From Eledone cirrhosa (lineage: Eukaryota), in the NCBI GenBank assembly GCA_964016885.1, contig OZ024741.1:110856001-110920000 (forward strand): a DNA stretch of 64,000 nucleotides. Reading direction: 5' to 3'. Positions 28,001 to 40,000 of this stretch are shown here, one piece after another (positions within the stretch are counted from its first letter, which is position 1; every line of letters starts with the position of its first letter). The notes beneath the pieces are model-generated. The model was not told where the DNA came from. It did not search any database and saw only the letters and a list, made by a program, of their open reading frames with translations. The translations under genes were made by a program, and so were the position numbers.

Positions 28001-31000
28001 ACTGTATGTATAGTGTGTTGTGGTGTGACTGTATGTATAGTGTGTTGTTGGTGTGACTATGTATAGTGTGTTGTGGTGTGACTGTATGTATAGTGTGTTG
28101 TTGGTGTGACTGTATGTATAGTGTGTTGTTGGTGTGACTGTATGTATAGTGTGATGTTGGTGTGACTATGTATAGTGTGTTGTGGTGTGACTGTATGTAT
28201 AGTGTGTTGTTGGTGTGACTATGTATAGTGTGTTGTGGTTTGACTGTATGTATAGTGTGTTGTTGGTGTGACTATGTATAGTGTGTTGTGGTGTGACTGT
28301 ATGTATAGTGTGTTGTTGGTGTGACTGTATGTATAGTGTGTTGTTGGTGTGACTGTATGTATAGTGTGTTGTTGGTGTGACTGTATGTATAGTGTGGTGT
28401 TGGTGTGACTGTATGTATAGTGTGTTGTTGGTGTGACTATGTATAGTGTGTTGTGGTGTGACTGTATGTATAGTGTGTTGTTGGTGTGACTGTATGTATA
28501 GTGTGATGTTGGTGTGACTATGTATAGTGTGTTTTGGTGTGACTGTATGTATAGTGTGTTTTGGTGTGACTGTATGTATAGTGTGTTTTGGTGTGACTGT
28601 ATGTATAGTGTGTTTTGGTGTGACTGTATGTATAGTGTGTTGTTGGTGTGACTGTGTGTATAGTGCGTTGTTGGTGTGACTGTATGTATAGTGTGATGTT
28701 GGTGTGACTATGTATAGTGTGTTGTTGGTGTGACTGTATGTATAGTGTGTTGTGGTGTGACTGTATGTATAGTGTGTTGTGGTGTGACTGTATGTATAGT
28801 GTGTTTTGGTGTGACTGTATGTATAGTGTGTTTTGGTGTGACTGTATGTATAGTGTGTTTTGGTGTGACTGTATGTATAGTGTGTTGTTGGTGTGACTGT
28901 ATGTATAGTGTGATGTTGGTGTGACTATGTATAGTGTGTTGTTGGTGTGACTGTATGTATAGTGTGTTGTTGGTGTGACTGTATGTATAGTGTGTTGTTG
29001 GTGTGACTGTATGTATAGTGTGTTGTGGTGTGACTGTATGTATAGTGTGGTGTGGTGTGACTGTATGTATAGTGTGTTGTTGGTGTGACTGTATGTATAG
29101 TGTGTTGTTGGTGTGACTGTATGTATAGTGTGTTGTTGGTGTGACTGTATGTATAGTGTGTTGTTGGTGTGACTGTATGTATAGTGTGTTGTTGGTGTGA
29201 CTATGTATAGTGTGTTGTGGTGTGACTGTATGTATAGTGTGTTGTTGGTGTGACTATGTATAGTGTGTTGTGGTGTGACTGTATGTATAGTGTGTTGTTG
29301 GTGTGACTATGTATAGTGTGTTGTGGTGTGACTGTATGTATAGTGTGTTGTTGGTGTGACTATGTATAGTGTGTTGTGGTGTGACTGTATGTATAGTGTG
29401 TTGTTGGTGTGACTGTATGTATAGTGTGTTGTTGGTGTGACTGTATGTATAGTGTGTTGTTGGTGTGACTGTATGTAGAGTGTTGTTGGTGTGACTGTAT
29501 GTATAGTGTGTTGTGGTGTGACGGTATGTATAGTGTGTTGTGGTGTGACTATGTATAGTGTGTTGTGGTGTGACTGTATGTATAGTGTGATGTTGGTGTG
29601 ACTGTATGTATAATGTTGTTGGTGTGACTATGTATCTGTTGTTGGTGTGACTGTATGTATAGTGTGTTGTTGGTGTGGCTGTATGTATAGTGTGTTGTTG
29701 GTGTGACTGTATGTATAGTGTGTTGTTGGTGTGACTGTATGTATAGTGTGTTGTTGGTGTGACTGTATGTATAGTGTGTTCTTGGTGAGACTGTATGTAT
29801 AGTGTGTTGTTGGTGAGACTGTATGTATAGTGTGTTGTTGGTGTGACTGTATGTATAGTGTGATGTTGGTGTGACTATGTATAGTGTGTTATGGTGTGAC
29901 TGTATGTATAGTGTGTTGTTGGTGTGACTGTATGTATAGTGTGTTGTTGGTGTGACTGTATGTATAGTGTGTTGTTGGTGTGACTATGTATAGTGTGATG
30001 TTGCTGTAACTATGTATAGTGTGTTGTTGGTGTGACTGTATGTATAGTGTGATGTTGGTGTGACTATGTATAGTGTGTTATGGTGTGACTGTATGTATAG
30101 TGTGTTGTTGGTGTGACTGTATGTATAGTGTGTTGTTGGTGTGACTGTATGTATAGTGTGTTGTTGGTGTGACTGTATGTATAGTGTGTTGTGGTGTGAA
30201 TGTATGTATAGTGTGTTTTGGTGTGACTGTATGTATAGTGTGTTTTGGTGTGACTGTATGTATAGTGTGTTTTGGTGTGACTGTATGTATAGTGTGTTGT
30301 TGGTGTGACTGTGTGTATAGTGCGTTGTTGGTGTGACTGTATGTATAGTGTGATGTTGGTGTGACTATGTATAGTGTGTTGTTGGTGTGACTGTATGTAT
30401 AGTGTTTTGTTGGTGTGACTGTATGTATAGTGTGTTGTGGTGTGACTGTATGTATAGTGTGTTGTTGGTGTGACTGTATGTATAGTGTGTTGTGGTGTGA
30501 CTGTATGTATAGTGTGTTGTGGTGTGACTGTATGTATAGTGTGATGTTGGTGTGACTGTATGTATAGTGTGTTGTTGGTGTGACTGTATGTATAGTGTGT
30601 TGTTGGTGTGACTGTATGTATAGTGTGTTGTTGGTGTGACTGTATGTATAGTGTGTTGTTGGTGTGACTGTATGTATAGTGTGTTGTTGGTGTGACTGTA
30701 TGTATAGTGTGTTGTGGTGTGACTATGTGTAGTGTGTTGTTGGTGTGACTGTATGTATAGTGTGTTGTTGGTGTGACTGTATGTATAGTGTGTTGTTGGT
30801 GTGACTGTATGTATAGTGTGTTGTGGTGTGACTATGTATAGTGTGTTGTTGGTGTGACTGTATGTATAGTGTGTTGTGGTGTGACTATGTATAGTGTGTT
30901 GTGGTGTGACTGTATGTATAGTGTGTTGTTGGTGTGACTGTATGTATAGTGTGTTGGTGGTGTGACTGTATGTATAGTGTGTTGTTGGTGTGACTGTATG

Positions 31001-34000
31001 TATAGTGTGTTGGTGTGACTGTATGTATAGTGTGTTGTGGTGTGACTGTATGTATAGTGTGTTGTGGTGTGACTGTATGTATAGTGTGTTGTGGTGTGAC
31101 TGTATGTATAGTGTGTTGTTGTTGTGACTGTATGTATAGTGTGTTGTTGGTGTGACTGTATGTATAGTGTGTTGTGGTGTGACTGTATGTATATTGTGTT
31201 GTTGGTGTGACTGTATGTATAGTGTGTTGTTGGTGTGACTGTATGTATAGTGTTGTTGGTGTGACTGTATGTATAGTGTGTTGTTGGTGTGACTGTATGT
31301 ATAGTGTGTTGTTGCTGTGACTATGTATAGTGTGTTGTTGGTGTGACTGTATGTATAGTGTGTTGTTGGTGTGACTGTATGTATAGTGTGTTGTTGGTGT
31401 GACTGTATGTATAGTGTTGTTGGTGTGACTGTATGTATAGTGTGTTGTTGGTGTGACTGTATGTATAGTGTGTTGTGGTGTGACTGTATGTATAGTGTGT
31501 TGGTGGTGTGACTATGTATAGTGTGTTGTTGGTGTGACTGTATGTATAGTGTGTTGTTGGTGTGACTGTATGTATAGTGTGTTGTGGTGTGACTGTATGT
31601 ATAGTGTGTTGTGGTGTGACTGTATGTATAGTGTGTTGTTGGTGTGACTGTATGTATAGTGTGTTGTTGGTGTGACTGTATGTATAGTGTGTTGTGGTGT
31701 GACTGTATGTATAGTGTGTTGTTGGTGTGACTGTATGTATAGTGTGTTGTTGGTGTGACTGTATGTATAGTGTGTTGTGGTGTGACTGTATGTATAGTGT
31801 GTTGTTGTTGTGACTGTATGTATAGTGTGTTGTTGGTGTGACTGTATGTATAGTGTGTTGTGGTGTGACTGTATGTATAGTGTGTTGTGGTGTGACTGTA
31901 TGTATAGTGTGTTGTGGTGTGACTGTATGTATAGTGTGTTGTGGTGTGACTGTATGTATAGTGTGTTGTGGTGTGACTGTATGTATAGTGTGTTGTGGTG
32001 TGACTGTATGTATAGTGTGTTGTTGTGACTGTATGTATAGTGTGTTGTTGGTGTGACAGTATGTATAGTGTGTTGTTGGTGTGACTGTATGTATAGTGTG
32101 TTGTTGGTGTGACTATGTATAGTGTGTTGTTGGTGTGACTGTATGTATAATGTGTTGTTGGTGTGACTGTATGTATAGTGTTGTTGGTCTGACTGTATGT
32201 ATAGTGTGTTGTTGGTCTGACTGTATGTATAGTGTTGTGGTGTGACTATGTATAGTGTGTTGTTGGTGTGACTGTATGTATAGTGTGTTGTTGGTGTGAC
32301 TGTATGTATAGTGTGATGTTGGTGTGACTGTATGTATAGTGTGATGTTGGTGTGACTGTATGTATAGTGTGTTGTTGGTGTGACTATGTATAGTGTGTTG
32401 TGGCGTGACTGTATGTATAGTGTGTTGTTGGTGTGACTGTATGTATAGTGTGTTGTTGGTGTGACTGTATGTATAGTGTGTTGTGGTGTGACTGTATGTA
32501 TAGTGTGATGTTGGTGTGACTGTATGTATAGTGTGTTGTGGTGTGACTGTATGTATAGTGTGTTGTTGGTGTGACTGTATGTATAGTGTGTTGTGGTGTG
32601 ACTGTATGTATAGTGTGTTGTTGGTGTGACTGTATGTATAGTGTGTTGTGGTGTGACTGTATGTATAGTGTGTTGTGGTGTGACTGTATGTATAGTGTGT
32701 TGTGGTGTGACTGTATGTATAGTGTTGTTGGTGTGACTGTATGTATAGTGTTGTTGGTGTGACTGTATGTATAGTGTTGTGGTGTGACTGTATGTATAGT
32801 GTAATGTTGGTGTGACTGTATGTATAGTGTGTCGTTGGTGTGACTGTATGTATAGTGTTGTTGGTGTCACTATGTATAGTGTGTTGTGGTGTGACAGTAT
32901 GTATAGTGTTGTTGATGTGACTATGTATAGTGTGTTGTTGGTGTGACTGTATGTATAGTGTGTTGTTGGTGTGACTATGTATAGTGTGTTGTTGGTGTGA
33001 CTATGTATAGTGTGTTGTTGGTGTGACTGTATGTATAGTGTGTTGTTGGTGTGACTGTATGTATAGTGTTGTGGTGTGACTGTATGTATAGTGTTGTTGG
33101 TGTGACTGAATGTATAGTGTGTTGTTGGTGTGACTATGTATAGTGTGTTGTGGTGTGACTGTATGTATAGTGTGTTGTGGTGTGACTGTATGTATAGTGT
33201 GTTGTTGGTGTGACTGTATGTATAGTGTGTTGTGGTGTGACTGTATGTATAGTGTGTTGTTGGTGTGACTGTATGTATAGTGATGTTGGTGTGACTGTAT
33301 GTATAGTGTGTTGTTGGTGTGACTGTATGTATAGTGTGTTGTTGGTGTGACTGTATGTATAGTGTGTTGTTGGTGTGACTATGTATAGTGTGTTGGTGGT
33401 GTGACTGTATGTATAGTGTGTTGTTGGTGTGACTGTATGTATAGTGTGTTGTTGGTGTGACTGTATGTATAGTGTGTTGTTGGTGTGACTGTATGTATAG
33501 TGTGTTGTGGTGTGACTGTACGTATAGTGTGTTGTGGTGTGACTGTACGTATAGTGTGTTGTTGGTGTGACTGTATGTATAGTGTGTTGTTGGTGTGACT
33601 GTATGTATAGTGTGATGTTGGTGTGACTGTATGTATAGTGTGTTGTTGGTGTGACTGTATGTATAGTGTGTTGTTGGTGTGACTATGTATAGTGTGTTGT
33701 TGGTGTGACTGTATGTATAGTGTGATGTTGGTGTGACTGTATGTATAGTGTGTTGTGGTGTGACTGTATGTATAGTGTGTTGTTGGTGTGACTGTATGTA
33801 TAGTGTGTTGTTGGTGTGACTGTATGTATAGTGCGTTGTGGTGTGACTGTATGTATAGTGTGATGTTGGTGTGACTGTGTATAGTGTGTTGTTGGTGTGA
33901 CTATATGTATAGTGTGTTGTTGGTGTGACTATATGTATAGTGTGTTGTGGTGTGACTGTATGTATAGTGTGTTGTTGGTGTGACTGTATGTATAGTGTGT

Positions 34001-37000
34001 TGTTGGTGTGACTGTATGTATAGTGTGTTGTGGTGTGACTGTATGTATAGTGTGTTGGTGTGACTGTATGTATAGTGTGTTGTGGTGTGACTGTATGTAT
34101 AGTGTGTTGTTGGTGTGACTGTATGTATAGTGTGTTGTTGGTGTGACTGTATGTATAGTGTGTTGTGGTGTGACTGTATGTATAGTGTGTTGTGGTGTGA
34201 CTATGTATAGTGTGTTGTGGTGTGACTGTATGTATAGTGTGTTGTGGTGTGACTGTATGTATAGTGTGTTGTTGTGACTGTATGTATAGTGTGTTGTTGG
34301 TGTGACAGTATGTATAGTGTGTTGTTGGTGTGACTGTATGTATAGTGTGTTGTTGGTGTGACTATGTATAGTGTGTTGTTGGTGTGACTGTATGTATAGT
34401 GTGTTGTTGGTGTGACTGTATGTATAGTGTTGTTGGTCTGACTGTATGTATAGTGTGTTGTGGTGTGACTGTATGTATAGTGTGTTGTTGGTGTGACTGT
34501 ATGTATAGTGTGTTGTTGGTGTGACTGTATGTATAGTGTGATGTTGGTGTGACTGTATGTATAGTGTGATGTTGGTGTGACTGTATGTATAGTGTGTTGT
34601 TGGTGTGACTATGTATAGTGTGTTGTGGCGTGACTGTATGTATAGTGTGTTGTTGGTGTGACTGTATGTATAGTGTGTTGTTGGTGTGACTGTATGTATA
34701 GTGTGTTGTGGTGTGACTGTATGTATAGTGTTGTGGTGTGACTGTATGTATAGTGTGTTGTTGTTGTGACTGTATGTATAGTGTGTTGTTGGTGTGACTG
34801 TATGTATAGTGTGTTGTGGTGTGACTGTATGTATAGTGTGTTGTGGTGTGACTGTATGTATAGTGTGTTGTGGTGTGACTGTATGTATAGTGTGTTGTGG
34901 TGTGACTGTATGTATAGTGTGTTGTGGTGTGACTGTATGTATAGTGTGTTGTGGTGTGACTGTATGTATAGTGTGTTGTTGTGACTGTATGTATAGTGTG
35001 TTGTTGGTGTGACAGTATGTATAGTGTGTTGTTGGTGTGACTGTATGTATAGTGTGTTGTTGGTGTGACTATGTATAGTGTGTTGTTGGTGTGACTGTAT
35101 GTATAGTGTGTTGTTGGTGTGACTGTATGTATAGTGTTGTTGGTCTGACTGTATGTATAGTGTGTTGTTGGTCTGACTGTATGTATAGTGTGTTGTGGTG
35201 TGACTGTATGTATAGTGTGTTGTTGGTGTGACTGTATGTATAGTGTGTTGTTGGTGTGACTGTATGTATAGTGTGATGTTGGTGTGACTGTATGTATAGT
35301 GTGATGTTGGTGTGACTGTATGTATAGTGTGTTGTTGGTGTGACTATGTATAGTGTGTTGTGGCGTGACTGTATGTATAGTGTGTTGTTGGTGTGACTGT
35401 ATGTATAGTGTGTTGTTGGTGTGACTGTATGTATAGTGTGTTGTGGTGTGACTGTATGTATAGTGTGATGTTGGTGTGACTGTATGTATAGTGTGTTGTG
35501 GTGTGACTGTATGTATAGTGTGTTGTTGGTGTGACTGTATGTATAGTGTGTTGTGGTGTGACTGTATGTATAGTGTGTTGTTGGTGTGACTGTATGTATA
35601 GTGTGTTGTGGTGTGACTGTATGTATAGTGTGTTGTGGTGTGACTGTATGTATAGTGTGTTGTGGTGTGACTGTATGTATAGTGTTGTTGGTGTGACTGT
35701 ATGTATAGTGTTGTTGGTGTGACTGTATGTATAGTGTTGTGGTGTGACTGTATGTATAGTGTAATGTTGGTGTGACTGTATGTATAGTGTGTCGTTGGTG
35801 TGACTGTATGTATAGTGTTGTTGGTGTCACTATGTATAGTGTGTTGTGGTGTGACAGTATGTATAGTGTTGTTGATGTGACTATGTATAGTGTGTTGTTG
35901 GTGTGACTGTATGTATAGTGTGTTGTTGGTGTGACTATGTATAGTGTGTTGTTGGTGTGACTATGTATAGTGTGTTGTTGGTGTGACTGTATGTATAGTG
36001 TGTTGTTGGTGTGACTGTATGTATAGTGTTGTGGTGTGACTGTATGTATAGTGTTGTTGGTGTGACTGAATGTATAGTGTGTTGTTGGTGTGACTATGTA
36101 TAGTGTGTTGTGGTGTGACTGTATGTATAGTGTGTTGTGGTGTGACTGTATGTATAGTGTGTTGTTGGTGTGACTGTATGTATAGTGTGTTGTGGTGTGA
36201 CTGTATGTATAGTGTGTTGTTGGTGTGACTGTATGTATAGTGATGTTGGTGTGACTGTATGTATAGTGTGTTGTTGGTGTGACTGTATGTATAGTGTGTT
36301 GTTGGTGTGACTGTATGTATAGTGTGTTGTTGGTGTGACTATGTATAGTGTGTTGGTGGTGTGACTGTATGTATAGTGTGTTGTTGGTGTGACTGTATGT
36401 ATAGTGTGTTGTTGGTGTGACTGTATGTATAGTGTGTTGTTGGTGTGACTGTATGTATAGTGTGTTGTGGTGTGACTGTACGTATAGTGTGTTGTGGTGT
36501 GACTGTACGTATAGTGTGTTGTTGGTGTGACTGTATGTATAGTGTGTTGTTGGTGTGACTGTATGTATAGTGTGATGTTGGTGTGACTGTATGTATAGTG
36601 TGTTGTTGGTGTGACTGTATGTATAGTGTGCTGTTGGTGTGACTATGTATAGTGTGTTGTTGGTGTGACTGTATGTATAGTGTGATGTTGGTGTGACTGT
36701 ATGTATAGTGTGTTGTGGTGTGACTGTATGTATAGTGTGTTGTTTGTGTGACTGTATGTATAGTGTGTTGTTGGTGTGACTGTATGTATAGTGCGTTGTG
36801 GTGTGACTGTATGTATAGTGTGATGTTGGTGTGACTGTGTATAGTGTGTTGTTGGTGTGACTATATGTATAGTGTGTTGTTGGTGTGACTATATGTATAG
36901 TGTGTTGTGGTGTGACTGTATGTATAGTGTGTTGTTGGTGTGACTGTATGTATAGTGTGTTGTTGGTGTGACTGTATGTATAGTGTGTTGTGGTGTGACT

Positions 37001-40000
37001 GTATGTATAGTGTGTTGGTGTGACTGTATGTATAGTGTGTTGTGGTGTGACTGTATGTATAGTGTGTTGTTGGTGTGACTGTATGTATAGTGTGTTGTGG
37101 TGTGACTGTATGTATAGTGTGTTGTTGGTGTGACTGTATGTATAGTGTGTTGTGGTGTGAGTATGTATAGTCTGTTGTTGGTGTGACTGTATGTATAGTG
37201 TGTTGTTGGTGTGACTGTATGTATAGTCTGTTGTTGGTGTGACTGTATGTATAGTGTGTTGTGGTGTGACTGTATGTATAGTGTGTTGTTGGTGTGACTG
37301 TATGTATAGTGTGTTGTGGTGTGACTATGTATAGTCTGTTGTTGGTGTGACTGTATGTATAGTGTGTTGTTGGTGTGACTGTATGTATAGTCTGTTGTTG
37401 GTGTGACTGTATGTATAGTGTGTTGTGGTGTGACTATGTATAGTGTGTTGTTGGTGTGACTGTGTGTTGTGGTGTGACTGTATGTATAGTGTGATGTTGG
37501 TGTGACTGTATGATAGGGACCCCAGTCCCTATCATCTCATTTCTACAGCTGATTAAACTGGAGCAATGTGAAATAAAGTGTCTTGCTCCAGGAAACAACA
37601 CTGTGGCTGTATGTATAGTGTGTTGTGGTGTGACTGTATGCAGGGTCTGTGTCTTAGTGGTACTCTTAAGTAAAATGTCCTAGTGTTGCAACTGTAAATG
37701 TGTGTGTTTATTCCTATATGTGTTATAATGTTTCTACTTTAGATGTATGTATGTTTGTGTGTGTTTATTCCTATATCTATATGTTTCTACTTCAGATGTG
37801 TGCCCGAAATCTGGCCATAGTTCTTGGCCCCACATTAGTGCGCCGCCATGATGCAGATGTCCAGGCAATGGCAATAGATATGTCGCATCAATGTCGCATT
37901 ATTGAGAGTGTCATTCTTCATGTGAGTAATATTACCTTCTACAACTTCCACTAACACCAAACCTCTTTATGGCCACACTTATAGCCAAAATTCTTGATGT
38001 CAATTATGTTCATACCTCTTGTTACCAAATTTCTGAACTGTTAAGCCTCTTGTAGCCTAATATCTGAACTATTATCCCTCTTGTGGCCTGATGTCTATCA
38101 TTTTATCTCTTGTGACCCAATGTCTATCATGTTATCTTCTTTGTGACTCAGTGTCTATCATGTCATCCCTTTTGTGGCCTGATATCCAAACCCTCTTGTG
38201 ACTCAATGTCTAGCATGTTATCCCTCTTGTGGCCTGATATCTGAACTGTTAACCCTGCTGTGGCCTGATGTCTAAACTGTTAATCCTGTGGTGAGCCAAT
38301 GTCTATCGTATTATCCCTCTTATCCTTCTTATCTGGTATCTGGTATATCAACAGGTTTTATATCCTAATCTCCTTGTATCTGTACTGTTAACCTTATAAT
38401 CTGATGTCTTATGTTAACACTCTTATAGCTGATTGTCTGTTATATTAGCCCTCTGTTTAGTATGTTACCAAGTCTATATCCTCAAATCCTGTTTGAAATG
38501 TTGACCCTCCTTTAACCCTTTAGCATTTAAACCGGCCATATCTGGCCAGAATTCTAACCTTTTTCTGTTCAAACAAACTCCAACCAACCGCTCATACTGA
38601 TGTTAAGGTGTTGCTCTCAAAATAAATATTATCAAAATCTCATAGATTCGATATTATGAGAGATAATTATGTGAGGTAAAGCCTTTACCGTGAAAATATA
38701 ATAGTATATATAGAGTTATGTAAATGTTGAAGGGTTAACTGAATGTTAAACATGTTAATTTATGATCTCCTAATACCTGAACTATTAGCCCAGTTAGAGC
38801 TGGCAGTCTATTCTCTTAAACCTATCATAACCTCATATTGGTGTCTGTCCTTTGCTTGTGTTATCCCTATCATAACTTATGTTATTCTGGCATGTTAGGG
38901 TTCTTATTCTATGTACTATATTTTGGGAGTATCATCCTCCTATCCACTGCTAATTAGGTCATTTCTCACTGGTGCTCTTTCTGATACTTTTGTGCATTTG
39001 CCATACAAACTTACTTTTCTTGAGTAATCTGCATTTGATACTACTTCATCAGTTGTGCACCTAAAGTTTACACTGTAAGGAGTTTCTTCCTACCTCTTTT
39101 CTGCTTGACAAACATTACCATTTCCAAGGGTCCTGAATATTTTCTTACTTACTAAAATGTTAGTCTTTGCTAAGTTTCCTCAGAAGATTTTTGTTTCTCC
39201 ATGTGGAGTTTCTCTAAATGGACTAAATAAAGTCTAAAGTTTGTCTCCAGCTTGGAGACACATTTGGCTGGTGCATATCATGGTTTCCTTGGTGTTAAGG
39301 GAATGAGAGTACATGACTATTTCCTTGACAGGACACCAATCAATCACAGGGTTGAACCCCATCTACTGATGGTACTCATTTTCAGCTGAGTATATTGGGG
39401 CAACATGAAATGGAGTGTTTTACTCAAGAACACAACACACAACCCAGTGCCGGAATCGAACTTACAACATTATGATTGTAAGTCCAACACCCTAACTACT
39501 AGGCCATACAGCTAAAAGTACTAGTTTATCAATCATTAGACAAGAGTTTCCATAGACAGCCTGCCTTAAACTCTGTTCATTACCTGGAGAACTATAATAA
39601 ACAAGAGTTGATTGAGAATCTAACATTGGACTCCTACCTGCACATTGAATTTATCACTTAGCACATTGCTTAGTCTCACTTTGCAGACAGAATTTCTGTA
39701 CATAACTTGCACTATTCTCACAAGACATTCATCTAATCCTACTTTTCTTACGGGCCATTAGACTACAGAGCATGGTTCTCTTTCAAAGGCCTACTCTAGG
39801 CTATATGTATATATGGACCCATAATTCCTGGTGGGGTTGCAGGGGTACCATAGAGACTTAGGGCGTTTTGGGGGAATTTTCTAAACCTGGCGGAGCCCAT
39901 CTCCTCTCTAGATCAAAACACAACCAATTTCTTACAGAAGAGAGTGATAGAGAGGAAGAAGTAAGAGAGTGATAGAGAGGAAGAATCAACCCCAGTATTG

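Noticed and set aside
15146-35830. His/Thr/Tyr-rich and Cys/Val-rich ORFs (up to 452 aa) in the ORF track
   Set aside because: Translations of the 28-bp satellite; frames change with unit-length variants, no splice or codon support.
6580-37640. CRISPR-like appearance of the regular arrays
   Set aside because: No unique spacers, no cas genes, and the arrays lie in spliceosomal introns; they are satellites.
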